A stretch of 64,000 bases of DNA, from the NCBI GenBank assembly GCA_963707505.1, contig CAVPQB010000003.1, forward strand, positions 96,001 through 160,000, given 5' to 3'. Of this stretch, positions 19,180 to 28,583 are shown piece after piece (position 1 is the stretch's first letter; every line of letters starts with the position of its first letter). A model generated the notes under the pieces. That model had not been told where the DNA came from. It did no database searches and saw nothing but the letters and a program-made list of their open reading frames with translations. The DNA comes from an uncultured Gemmatimonadales bacterium (GTDB taxonomy: Bacteria > Gemmatimonadota > Gemmatimonadetes > Gemmatimonadales > Gemmatimonadaceae). A program made the position numbers and the translations under genes.

Positions 19180-20481
19180 TCATGGCCGCAACCGATACAT
19201 CGTGCGCGGGAACGCGATTGCCTCGCGAATGTGCGGAATACCGCACACCCACGCGACCAATCGCTCAAGTCCCAGGCCGAATCCCGAGTGCACGAACGTC
19301 CCGTAGCGTCGCAGATCGAGATACCAGTCGTACGCCTCGATCGGTAGCCCTTCGTCCTTTATCCGCTGCACCATGCGGTCATAGTCGTCCTCGCGCTGCG
19401 ACCCCCCGATTATCTCGCCGTAACCTTCTGGTGCCAGCATGTCGCTGCAGAGCACCGTGCGCGGGTCTGCCGGGTTCTCCTTCATGTAGAAGGCCTTGGC
19501 TTCCTTGGGGTAGTTGACGATGAAGATCGGCCGGTCGTAGTCCGCAACCAGCAGCGACTCGTCTTCGGCGCCGAGATCGTCGCCCCACTTCACTTCACTG
19601 CCCTTGGTCTGAAGAGTGCCGACTGCGTCGGTGTAGTCGATGCGCGGAAACGGCGCTCGGATCGATTCGAGCTTGGAAACGTCCCGCTCGAGCAGCGCCA
19701 GTTCGCTGACGCAACGCTCGACGGCGCGGCGCACCACGTATTCGATCATCTCTTCCTGCAGGCGCATGCTGTCGGCGGAGTCGAAGAACGCCATCTCCGG
19801 CTCCAACATCCAGAACTCGGTAAGATGACGCCGCGTCTTGGACTTTTCCGCACGGAACGTCGGCCCAAAAGTGTAGATCTTGCCCAACGCCGCCGCGGCC
19901 GCCTCGCCGTAAAGCTGGCCCGTCTGCGCGAGATATGCGTTACCCTCGTCGAAATATTCCGTGGCGAACAGCCCGCTCCGCTCGCCGATGGCGCTTGTCA
20001 GAATGGGGGTATCGACGCGCACGAACTCGCGCTCGTAAAAGAAGTCGTTCAACGCCTGCTCTATCTCGGCGCGAACCCGCGCGATCGCCACCTGACGTGG
20101 GCTGCGCAGCCACAGATGCCTGTGATCGAGCAGAAAATCGATTCCATGCTCCTTGGGCTGAATCGGATAATCGCTCGGACTCGCCCCGAGAATAGTCATA
20201 TTTGTGACCCCGACCTCGACACCACCCGGTGCCCGCGCGTCGGCACGAACTTCGCCCTCGATCTCGACGGAGGTCTCCAGGGTAAGCGACTGAAAGGTCC
20301 CCCAGGCCGCGTCGCCGACTACTTTCTGAACGACAACGCATTGCAGGGTGCCACTTCCGTCGCGTAGGACGATGAAGGCAACTTTCCCGGAGGATCGCAG
20401 GTGAGCTACCCAGCCGCGTACATGCACCGTTTCGCCAATGTGGTGAGGCAGGCTGGAAATCGTTTGATACTGGGATGACAT
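19180..20481 (-). CDS. asnS: Asparagine--tRNA ligase
   Basis: OB-fold GWV..LRSSGK, RHLWLR, QTGQLY, GPTFRAEKSKTRRHLTEFW, EIIGGSQRE and GLGLER motifs. Confidence 0.96.
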   Translation of the reverse strand: MSSQYQTISSLPHHIGETVHVRGWVAHLRSSGKVAFIVLRDGSGTLQCVVVQKVVGDAAWGTFQSLTLETSVEIEGEVRADARAPGGVEVGVTNMTILGASPSDYPIQPKEHGIDFLLDHRHLWLRSPRQVAIARVRAEIEQALNDFFYEREFVRVDTPILTSAIGERSGLFATEYFDEGNAYLAQTGQLYGEAAAAALGKIYTFGPTFRAEKSKTRRHLTEFWMLEPEMAFFDSADSMRLQEEMIEYVVRRAVERCVSELALLERDVSKLESIRAPFPRIDYTDAVGTLQTKGSEVKWGDDLGAEDESLLVADYDRPIFIVNYPKEAKAFYMKENPADPRTVLCSDMLAPEGYGEIIGGSQREDDYDRMVQRIKDEGLPIEAYDWYLDLRRYGTFVHSGFGLGLERLVAWVCGIPHIREAIAFPRTMYRLRP

Positions 20482-20549
20482 TTGGGCGTTCGAGAGAGTC
20501 GTGGGCAGCCGAATAGAATACCGAACCTTCTGGGGCGAGGCAACCGCAC

Positions 20550-22052
20550 GTGATGCCTGCGCTCACGCTTCGACGCCGGCTTGCCATAGGTACGGTCGGC
20601 ATCGCGATCGTACTGGCGCTTCCGCTGGTCGTCGCAGTGCGCTCGCTGGAGCGCGTCCACAAGACGACTCTTGAACTGCGAAACGGCGCTTTTGCGGCGT
20701 CGTTGTTGATTGGCAGTCTCCGCCAGGGCACTGACGATCTTCGCCGCGCAGAGGATGCGTTGGTTTACGTCGGGACGCCCGAGACGCAGGATCGCATGAT
20801 GGCGCAGATCGCGACCATGCGAACGCTTGCTGACTCGCTGGACAGTTTCTCGCTCAAGTCTGCGTCAGTCAACGTCAGGCTCGCGCTCGATTCGCTGAGC
20901 GTGCTCGCGAACGAGGAATACGAGCGCTCGAGCGCTGCGAAGCACGATGCGGCGGAAGTCATCTCGACTCAGTGGGTGCGCCCGCGATTCGCGATCATCG
21001 AGCAGACTATAGGATCGTCTGAGCAGGTGCTGCGACAACGATCGCGCGATAGCGTCAACGCTGCGACGGACGATACCGCCGCAGCGGAGCGCGCGGCGAT
21101 CAGCGCGATGATAATCGCAATTCTGCTGGCGGGTCTCATCAGTCTGTGGCTGATCAGATCGATCACGCGACCGGTGTTCGATCTCGAGACGGGAATGCAT
21201 GCAGTTGCGAGCGGAGACTTCACGCGAAAGCTCAGCGTGCGTCCGAACAGAAAGGACGAGTTTGGACGATTGTCGGAAAGTTACGAGGCAATGGCCAACC
21301 GTCTCGCGCAGCTCGACCGGTTGAAAGCCGAGTTCGTCTCAGTCGCATCGCACGAGCTCAAAACGCCTATCAACGTCATACTCGGCTACGTCGAGCTGCT
21401 CGAAGATGGCATCTACGGGAAGCTGCAGGATCAGCAGCGCGAGGTTTGCGAGACGATCGCCGCTCAGGCACGTAACCTCACACGTCTGGTCCGCAGGCTG
21501 CTCGACGTGAGCCGCTTCGAGGCGGGCGGCGGTGCGTTGGAATGCCGTCAGCTCAACCTGGGACGATTCCTTGACACGCTTCAATCGTCGTTCAGTGTGC
21601 TGGCGATGCAGCGAAGCGTTCACTTCCAGGTGGACAGATCCGACGGCCTGCCCACCGAAGTCCGCTGGGATGAGGACCGAATGAGCGAGGTCGTGGGCAA
21701 CCTGCTTTCCAACGCGTTCAAGTTCACGCCGCGGGGCGGCAGGGTCGAGTTGTCAGCGGAGGCGCAGGACGACGACATTGTGATCGAGGTCAGGGACACC
21801 GGTGCCGGAATTCCTCCCGAGCAGCTACCGCGTATCTTTCAGAAGTTCTATCAGGCAGACAATCAGGCAAAGGCTTCTGCAAAGGGCACAGGGTTGGGCC
21901 TTGCTATCGCGAAGGAAATTGTGGAAGCACACGGAGGAAGCATTACGGCAACCAGCATCGCGGGCCAGGGCGCGACATTCCGGATAACGATGCCGGTAGC
22001 GTCCGACGTTCGCAGGAGCGGCCAGTTCCCGGTCCACACGATCGCTTCGTGA
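20550..22052 (+). CDS. Membrane HAMP-domain sensor histidine kinase
   Basis: Two TM helices flanking a helical periplasmic domain, HAMP, SHELKTP, NAFKFT, DTGAGI and GTGLGL. Confidence 0.95.
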   Translation: MMPALTLRRRLAIGTVGIAIVLALPLVVAVRSLERVHKTTLELRNGAFAASLLIGSLRQGTDDLRRAEDALVYVGTPETQDRMMAQIATMRTLADSLDSFSLKSASVNVRLALDSLSVLANEEYERSSAAKHDAAEVISTQWVRPRFAIIEQTIGSSEQVLRQRSRDSVNAATDDTAAAERAAISAMIIAILLAGLISLWLIRSITRPVFDLETGMHAVASGDFTRKLSVRPNRKDEFGRLSESYEAMANRLAQLDRLKAEFVSVASHELKTPINVILGYVELLEDGIYGKLQDQQREVCETIAAQARNLTRLVRRLLDVSRFEAGGGALECRQLNLGRFLDTLQSSFSVLAMQRSVHFQVDRSDGLPTEVRWDEDRMSEVVGNLLSNAFKFTPRGGRVELSAEAQDDDIVIEVRDTGAGIPPEQLPRIFQKFYQADNQAKASAKGTGLGLAIAKEIVEAHGGSITATSIAGQGATFRITMPVASDVRRSGQFPVHTIAS

Positions 22053-22420
22053 TGAACGTCCGGGTTTACGCAATTGCAATCGCAGCCGCGGCCACGTTGT
22101 CCGGGTGCGGTTATCGCATCGTGCACAATCCCGACATCGTAGCGAAACGTGTCGCGACCGACTCGACCACGATTGTCGCGCTTCAGCAACAGCTTTCAGC
22201 GCTCAGGGTGCAGTGCCTCGCCGATTCGGTAAGACTGGAGGGCGAGCTGAGCTCCGCGCGTGCGGCGGCGGCAGCCGTGGTCGTTCCTCCGCCACCGCCG
22301 GTCTCCGATTCAGTGTCAAAGGCGCGCGCCGCAGAGATCGCGAGTCTCAAGGATCAACTCGCGAAGGTCAGCGCCGAGCTCGATCGCATCAAGAGACGGT
22401 TGGCGAACCCGAGGCCATAG
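22049..22420 (+). CDS. Coiled-coil lipoprotein
   Basis: Lipobox TLSG-C, two heptad-like segments and a polyproline linker. Overlaps the kinase stop. Confidence 0.72.
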   Translation: MMNVRVYAIAIAAAATLSGCGYRIVHNPDIVAKRVATDSTTIVALQQQLSALRVQCLADSVRLEGELSSARAAAAAVVVPPPPPVSDSVSKARAAEIASLKDQLAKVSAELDRIKRRLANPRP

Positions 22421-22441
22421 TCGGGCCTCGATTGCATCTCA

Positions 22442-22475
22442 AGTGTGAAGCACGGATGCATCCGGCCTTCACACT
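22442..22475. terminator. Inverted repeat between convergent genes (terminator or REP-like)
   Basis: AGTGTGAAG...CTTCACACT stem enclosing the palindrome CGGATGCATCCG. No U-tract. Confidence 0.5.
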
Positions 22476-22509
22476 CGCAACGACATCCAGGCTGGTGATT
22501 GGCATTGCG

Positions 22510-24609
22510 TCATCCCACCCGGAACAACTCCAGCGCCCTGGAATACCGTGCCGTCAATACGCGCTTGATGCCGGCGTTCTCGGGCGCAACAAGTTCCGGA
22601 TCTGCGCCAAGCACTCGCTCCGCTTCTTCGCGCGCGATAAGATTCAGAGCTTCATCACGTAGCGGGTCGGCGATCTGAAACATCGCCTCACCGCTCTGAC
22701 GCTGCCCAAATAAATCGCCCATTCCGCGCAACCTGAGATCCTGTCGCGCGATCTCGAAGCCGTCGTCGGTCCCGGTGAAGACAGCCAGACGCTCCGCAGA
22801 CTCGTCTCCGACATCGCCGAGCAGAATGCAGTACGCAGCCTCGGCGCCACGTCCGACGCGACCACGCAGTTGATGCAGCTGCGAGAGACCGAATCGCTCG
22901 GGATGCTCGATCAGCATCACGGTGGCGTTCGGAACGTCGATGCCGACTTCGATGACCGTAGTTGCGACGAGAATATCGATCTCACCATCGCGAAACGCGC
23001 GCATCACACGATCACGCTCGTCGGATGCGACGCGCCCGTGCAGTAGCGCCATCCGGCGATCTGCGAACACCGATGCGGATAGTTGGTCGAACATGACCGT
23101 CGCCGCCTTCAGGTCCATCTTCTCCGACTCCTCGATCACCGGATAGACGATGTATGCCTGGCGTCCAGACTCGATCTGATGCCGCACGAACGAGAATACG
23201 CGGCCGCGCGCCGATTCCGCGCGCGACACCGTGGTGATCGGCAACCGTCCCGCGGGGCGCTCGTCGAGTGTGCTCACATCCAGATCGCCGTAAGTCGTGA
23301 GCGCCAGCGAGCGCGGAATCGGAGTCGCGCTCATGAGGAGCGTATCGGGTGCTTCTCCCTTCCCCGCTATGGCTTCACGCTGCTCCACACCGAATCGGTG
23401 CTGTTCATCTATCGCAACGAAGCCCAGCTGCGCAAACTGCGCGCTCTGCTGCACCAGCGCGTGCGTACCGACAACGATTACAGGCTCCGCACTCGCCATG
23501 CGTGCGAGGACTGCTTTTCTTTCGCGCGCACCCAGGCTTCCCGTCAGCAACAGGGGTTCGATTCCGAGCGGTGCCAGCAGCGTCGTGAAAGTGCGCAGAT
23601 GTTGCTCAGCGAGCAGCTCTGTCGGTGCCATGAGCGCGGCCTGATAACCGTTTTCCAGGGCCAGGAGGGCCGCGAACAGCGCGACGATAGTCTTGCCGCT
23701 TCCCACGTCGCCCTGCAGCAAACGGTGCATGCGCCGCGGGCTGCACATGTCCGCAACTATCTCGCGTAGCGCGTGCGCCTGCGCACTCGTGAGCGTGTAT
23801 GGCAGCTGTTCGCGCAACGCCGAGGTGAGCTTGCGATGATTCTCGAATCGGATGCCACCTCGCTCTTCCCGGGCCAGCCGGTTCGCACGGCGCTGCAACA
23901 GCTGCACAAAGAACAGCTCATCGAATGCAAGACGCTCGCGCCCACGCTCAGCCTCGGCGATCGACGTTGGACGATGCACCATTCGGAATGCATCCGCCAG
24001 CCGGACAACGTGTGCGCGACCAAGCAACTGCGATGACAGCTCGTCCTCCACCAAGGGCAACAGCGCGTCCAGATGGGCGTCGATGAGTGAGCGTAGAACC
24101 TTGAACGAGATCCCCTCGGTCGCCGGATAGACCGACAACACGCGTCCACCGCTCGTCGGATTCTCGTCGGGTCCGAGATTGACGTATTCGCGCGGAGCGA
24201 GCTGACGCCCGTGAAAAAAACGTACCGGCCCGCTCAACAGCAAAGTGTCGTCCTTGTGTATGACACGATCGAGAAACGGCTGACCTGGCCACGACACCTC
24301 GATGATCCCGCTGTCGTCGCGCACGACAGCCTGGAATATTCGCAATCCCTTGCGCGTCGGTATCACGCCCTTGGAGATAACGCGGCCGATAACGGTCGCG
24401 TCCATCCCGGGCTCGAGCGACGAGATGTGCCTTATCGTGCTTGCATCCTCGTAGCGGCGCGGCACGTGCCACAACAGGTCGCCAGCTGTGATGATGCCGA
24501 GCTTGCGCAGCGACTCCGCACGCGCTGGCCCAACACCCTTGAGAAAATTGATCGGCGTATCGAGCCGCAGACGCGCGGACATCGGCGATGGTACGCCGCT
24601 TCGCGCCAT
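22510..24609 (-). CDS. recG: ATP-dependent DNA helicase RecG
   Basis: LKGVGP, RLLQGDVGSGKT, MAPTELLA, DEQHRFGV, SATPIPR, QLHQLRGRVGRG and DLRLRG motifs. Confidence 0.97.
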   Translation of the reverse strand: MARSGVPSPMSARLRLDTPINFLKGVGPARAESLRKLGIITAGDLLWHVPRRYEDASTIRHISSLEPGMDATVIGRVISKGVIPTRKGLRIFQAVVRDDSGIIEVSWPGQPFLDRVIHKDDTLLLSGPVRFFHGRQLAPREYVNLGPDENPTSGGRVLSVYPATEGISFKVLRSLIDAHLDALLPLVEDELSSQLLGRAHVVRLADAFRMVHRPTSIAEAERGRERLAFDELFFVQLLQRRANRLAREERGGIRFENHRKLTSALREQLPYTLTSAQAHALREIVADMCSPRRMHRLLQGDVGSGKTIVALFAALLALENGYQAALMAPTELLAEQHLRTFTTLLAPLGIEPLLLTGSLGARERKAVLARMASAEPVIVVGTHALVQQSAQFAQLGFVAIDEQHRFGVEQREAIAGKGEAPDTLLMSATPIPRSLALTTYGDLDVSTLDERPAGRLPITTVSRAESARGRVFSFVRHQIESGRQAYIVYPVIEESEKMDLKAATVMFDQLSASVFADRRMALLHGRVASDERDRVMRAFRDGEIDILVATTVIEVGIDVPNATVMLIEHPERFGLSQLHQLRGRVGRGAEAAYCILLGDVGDESAERLAVFTGTDDGFEIARQDLRLRGMGDLFGQRQSGEAMFQIADPLRDEALNLIAREEAERVLGADPELVAPENAGIKRVLTARYSRALELFRVG

Positions 24610-25541
24610 CAGTCGCCCAGGACCTCGCGAGAAAAACGCGCCGCGTCGAATGCGACGAGGTCGCTCGCCTTCTCGCCGACGCCAACGAATTTCACGGGCA
24701 CATCGATGGCTTCATGGACTGCGACAACCACTCCGCCGCGCGCGGTGCCATCGAGTTTCGTGATTACAAGACCGGTGAGCGGAACGGAGGCCGCGAATGT
24801 CTTCGCCTGACTCACCGCGTTCTGGCCGATAGTGCCATCCAGCACGAGCAGCGTTTCATGCGGCGCACCGGGAAGTCGCTTCGCAATGACACGATTCACC
24901 TTGCGCAGCTCTTCCATCAGGCTGTCGCTCGTGTGCAACCGTCCGGCGGTATCCACGATCACGACGTCAACGCCACGCGTGATACCGGCTTCCACGGCAT
25001 TGTAAGCAACCGACGCCGGATCCGATCGCTCCGCGCCACCGACGAACTCTGCTCCGGTTCTCTCCGCCCACACACGGAGCTGATCGATCGCGCCCGCGCG
25101 AAACGTGTCCGCCGCGCCCACCAGCACCGTCTTGCCCTGTGCACGCAACGCGCTGGAAATTTTCCCGATGAATGTCGTCTTCCCCGCACCATTCACCCCG
25201 ACGATCAGCATCACAAGCGGCTTGCTCTCGGCGGCGCGAAGCGCGGGGTCGGCACTGCCAGCACGTAGCGCGTTCTCGATCCCCTTGCTGAGCGCCGTCT
25301 TGAACTCGTCGCTCGTCCGGATCTGACCGCGCTGCGCCTGGCGCGAGATCTCATCGACGAGCCGCAGCGTTACGGGAACACCAAAGTCCGACTGAAGCAG
25401 GATCTCCTCGACCTGCTCGAGCGACCCTTTGTCGACCCCGCCTCTCGCGATGACCGCGACGTCGGTGAGGGCAACGTCCTTGATCCGTTGCCATAGCGAC
25501 CGCCTGGGGACGTCGCCTTCTTTACGAGACAGAAATGCCAT
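24609..25541 (-). CDS. ftsY: Signal recognition particle receptor FtsY (NG only)
   Basis: GVNGAGKTT, DTFRAGA, DTAGRLH, TKLDGTARGG and GVGE motifs. Start inferred at ATG 25541. Confidence 0.95.
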   Translation of the reverse strand: MAFLSRKEGDVPRRSLWQRIKDVALTDVAVIARGGVDKGSLEQVEEILLQSDFGVPVTLRLVDEISRQAQRGQIRTSDEFKTALSKGIENALRAGSADPALRAAESKPLVMLIVGVNGAGKTTFIGKISSALRAQGKTVLVGAADTFRAGAIDQLRVWAERTGAEFVGGAERSDPASVAYNAVEAGITRGVDVVIVDTAGRLHTSDSLMEELRKVNRVIAKRLPGAPHETLLVLDGTIGQNAVSQAKTFAASVPLTGLVITKLDGTARGGVVVAVHEAIDVPVKFVGVGEKASDLVAFDAARFSREVLGD

Positions 25542-25614
25542 TTTGGGGGAAATCCGGGCGCAGCCGAGCCCGGTTGGATAAGTCAAAAACGTACAGTCGC
25601 CACCGGGTGGTGGC

Positions 25615-25726
25615 GTGACACGAGCGAATCTGACAGTAATTTACCCTGAACGCGCGGTCGAGAGATCAAGCGAACTGTCTCTGGCACAGTCCTTCCAGCG
25701 ACGATCTCTCCTACAGGAAGGTCCGA
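25615..25726 (+). promoter_or_regulatory. Candidate sigma70 promoter and structured 5' leader
   Basis: GTGACA-N16-TAATTT. Stems GAGAGATC/GATCTCTC and ACTGT/ACAGT. CCTTCC is complementary to the SD-like GGAAGG. Confidence 0.4.
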
Positions 25727-25930
25727 ATGTATATCATCATTGCAGCCATAGTATTCGCAGCGATCGCGCTCCTCGTCATGGTTGATCTGCGGAAGCGCCG
25801 CCACCGGAGGCGCAGATACCCGGCCCAGCCGGACGGAGTGCGCACCTGCGTATCGTGCGGGAAGGTGCTACGAGCAGGGGCGACCGATTGCAGTCACTGC
25901 GGCGCCGATTCGGTTGTGATCGTCGTCTGA
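25727..25930 (+). CDS. Small membrane-anchored zinc-ribbon protein
   Basis: N-terminal TM helix, Arg-rich stop-transfer segment, CVSC...CSHC. GGAAGG lies 5 nt before the ATG. Confidence 0.78.
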   Translation: MYIIIAAIVFAAIALLVMVDLRKRRHRRRRYPAQPDGVRTCVSCGKVLRAGATDCSHCGADSVVIVV

Positions 25931-25948
25931 CATTGCGCACTCGCGGCC

Positions 25949-25990
25949 AAAAAAAGATCCCGCTGGAGACGTACTCCAGCGGGATCTTGT
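25949..25990 (-). terminator. Rho-independent terminator at the end of the dcw/ftsZ/M23 transcript (possibly bidirectional)
   Basis: 15-bp stem AAGATCCCGCTGGAG/CTCCAGCGGGATCTT with a 5-nt loop. The A7 run gives a U-tract on the minus strand. Confidence 0.88.
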
Positions 25991-26014
25991 GCCTTCTGTA
26001 TCGTCGAGCGCAGA

Positions 26015-27112
26015 TCAGCGCATCGCAACCTGTTTGGGTTCACCCGAATGCGCCATGACGGCGAGCGTATGCGCGCGGATCTCGTTGAACAGTGCTGTCT
26101 CGGAACTGCTGAGTGACGCACCACTCTGACCTTTCAGCGCAAGCTTGGGATCGCGTGCAACGCCGTGCACTCGGATCTCGAAGTGAAGATGCGGACCCGT
26201 CGCCCATCCCGTCATACCGACGTAACCGATGGTCTCGCCCATCTTCACATGAGTGCCTGAGTGAATTCCCCGTGCGAATCTGCTCATGTGTCCGTAGCGG
26301 CTGACCATACCGTTGCTGTGACGGATGTCGATCATGTTGCCGTAGCCGCCAACGCGTCCTGCCGTCACGATCACACCATCGCCGATTGCGTGTACCGGCG
26401 TTCCCATCGCTGCTGCGTAATCAGTACCAGTGTGATTGCGCCACGTTCCGAAGATCGGGTGCTCACGCAATCCGAACACTGATGATATACGGCGAAAATT
26501 TACCGGTGTGCGAAGGAACGTCGACGTCAACGACTTGCCGTGACCGTCGAACCATTCGCTGCCGGAGTTGTTGCTCTTGAAGTGAATCGCTTCGATTATC
26601 TCGTCGCCAAGTGAGAGCTTGGCGCCGAGGATCTTGTTGACGATCACCTTTCCGTTGGGCTGCTGCAAGCGCTCGACGAGCACGTGAAACGTGTCACCGT
26701 CATCGAGATCGCGCGACATGTCCACGCGATGCTCGAAGATGTCAGCGAGGTTCCATGCAATCGAGCGACGCTGTGCTGCCGGCAGCTCGCCCTGGCCCAT
26801 GTGCTCCAGGGAGGCGGAGAGCGAGGAGTGAATGGTTCCGGTCAACGCCACGGTATCCACGCCCGGCGACAATGTCGCCTCGACAACCACGGGCCGGAAG
26901 CTGATCTCCGGCGCAGACGGGCCTGGCGTTGAAACAATAACTGGATCGAGGGTGGTGACCGCAGCTGCGGCAATCGCCCTGTTTGTCGCGGCAAGCGCGG
27001 CTGAATCTGTGACCGGCGCAGAAGAGGCTACGGGGGGCGTGAAGAGAATTGCCACCCATGCCATCAACCCGATTATTCCATATGTGCCGGCGCGCGCTGC
27101 TACTTCCTTCAA
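26015..27112 (-). CDS. M23-family peptidoglycan DD-endopeptidase (MepM/Csd3-like)
   Basis: N-terminal TM/signal, ISSVFG.R.HP, HTGTD (HxxxD), YGHMS and TGPHLHFE (HxH). Confidence 0.92.
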   Translation of the reverse strand: MKEVAARAGTYGIIGLMAWVAILFTPPVASSAPVTDSAALAATNRAIAAAAVTTLDPVIVSTPGPSAPEISFRPVVVEATLSPGVDTVALTGTIHSSLSASLEHMGQGELPAAQRRSIAWNLADIFEHRVDMSRDLDDGDTFHVLVERLQQPNGKVIVNKILGAKLSLGDEIIEAIHFKSNNSGSEWFDGHGKSLTSTFLRTPVNFRRISSVFGLREHPIFGTWRNHTGTDYAAAMGTPVHAIGDGVIVTAGRVGGYGNMIDIRHSNGMVSRYGHMSRFARGIHSGTHVKMGETIGYVGMTGWATGPHLHFEIRVHGVARDPKLALKGQSGASLSSSETALFNEIRAHTLAVMAHSGEPKQVAMR

Positions 27113-28338
27113 TCCATCTGCCTCCGAATAAAGGTCGGGATCTCCATATCGCTTAGTTCCTGGTCCCGACCGTCATTCGAAGACGACCCCGGGTTGAACG
27201 ACGTCACTCGTCTTGGAATCTCTGGTATTGCAGCGGGGGTCGGACGAATCGGACCACCGTTGGCCGGCGCCTGGTTGGGGCGCACCGTTCTCGTAGAATG
27301 AAGCGGAATCACCGGCGCACCACGAACCGGATGCTGAATGGTGCTACCGAATACTGGCTGAGGGGCACTACTCGCGATGCCGCGATCAAATCCGGTCGCA
27401 ATGACCGTAACGCGAATCTCGCCGTGCATCGCGGGCTCATGAACGGCACCGAAAATGATCTCGGCTTCCTCGCCCACGGCTTCGTGAACTATCTCGTTGA
27501 TCTGATGAACTTCACCGAGCGTGAGGTCCTCGCCGCCCGTAATGTTGACAAGTACGCCGGTCGCGCCGGAGATCGAAACGTTGTCGAGCAACGGGCTCGC
27601 AATCGCCTGCTGTGCAGCCTCGACTGCGCGATTTTCGCCGCGGCCGATTCCGGTGCCCATCAGCGCCGAACCACCGTTCTGCATGACCGTGCGCACGTCG
27701 GCAAAATCGACGTTCACGAGTCCCGTGACGGAGATCAGTGACGAGATGCCCTGCGTCGCGTGGAGCAGAACCTCGTCAGCTTTCTTGAGCGCCTCCTGAA
27801 ACGGAATCCCCTTGCCTACCACAGCGAGCAGACGCTCGTTCGGCACGACGATCATCGTATCGACGTTCTTCCGCATCTCGGCGATACCGAGCTCGGCCTG
27901 TCGCATCCGCTTGCGTCCCTCGAAGAGGAACGGCTTGGTGACGATGCCAACAGTGAGAGCGCCAGCCTGACGCGCAAGCTCACAGACGACGGGCGCCGCG
28001 CCAGTGCCCGTGCCGCCACCCATTCCGCACGTCACAAAGACGAGATCGGCATGGGTCATCGCGCGCAGCACCTCGTCGCGATTTTCCTCGATTGCCTGGC
28101 GACCAACCTCCGGGCGCGCGCCTGCTCCAAGGCCGCGCGTAAGCTTCTTGCCTATCTGAAGCTTCACGTCCGATTTCGAGTTGAGAAGAGCCTGGGCATC
28201 CGTATTGACCGAGACGAACTCAACGCCTTCAAGGCGCTCCTCGATCATTCTGTTAACAGCGTTGCCACCGCCACCGCCGACGCCGACAACCTTCATCCGC
28301 GCGTTCTGCGATGTGTTCTCCTCAAACTCAAATATCAT
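27109..28338 (-). CDS. ftsZ: Cell division protein FtsZ
   Basis: [26 protein letters not shown] and the C-terminal peptide [13 protein letters not shown]. Confidence 0.98.
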   Translation of the reverse strand: MIFEFEENTSQNARMKVVGVGGGGGNAVNRMIEERLEGVEFVSVNTDAQALLNSKSDVKLQIGKKLTRGLGAGARPEVGRQAIEENRDEVLRAMTHADLVFVTCGMGGGTGTGAAPVVCELARQAGALTVGIVTKPFLFEGRKRMRQAELGIAEMRKNVDTMIVVPNERLLAVVGKGIPFQEALKKADEVLLHATQGISSLISVTGLVNVDFADVRTVMQNGGSALMGTGIGRGENRAVEAAQQAIASPLLDNVSISGATGVLVNITGGEDLTLGEVHQINEIVHEAVGEEAEIIFGAVHEPAMHGEIRVTVIATGFDRGIASSAPQPVFGSTIQHPVRGAPVIPLHSTRTVRPNQAPANGGPIRPTPAAIPEIPRRVTSFNPGSSSNDGRDQELSDMEIPTFIRRQMD

Positions 28339-28381
28339 CGCGGTATGCACTCCTAGGCGGGTGGGATCGTATGGACGGGCT

Positions 28382-28485
28382 AATATACGTGAAAGACACG
28401 CTCCCGACCATGCCCAATTGACGATCGAACGCTGGACATTTCACACATAAAATGTTTAGCAGTTTTTCCACACGATTTTATTTTC
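28382..28485 (-). promoter_or_regulatory. AT-rich ftsZ promoter region with a DnaA box and a palindrome
   Basis: TTTTCCACA (28464-28472), ACATTT-N8-AAATGT (28436-28455), and minus-strand TATATT at 28387-28382. Confidence 0.5.
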
Positions 28486-28583
28486 CGACAGCTTTGCGAC
28501 ATCAAACGCCAGCGGGGCTTCTCGCTTGACCGTTGACATCCGATCCGCCGGCCAGGGCCGTTCACGGCGGAGCAAGAAGCTCT

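Noticed and set aside
28533..28538. Plus-strand TTGACA hexamers (also at 4332-4337) as antisense promoters
   Set aside because: No convincing -10 element at 16-18 bp spacing.
28380..28565. 61-aa ORF in the ftsA-ftsZ gap
   Set aside because: No clear RBS, atypical composition and no motif. The region looks regulatory.
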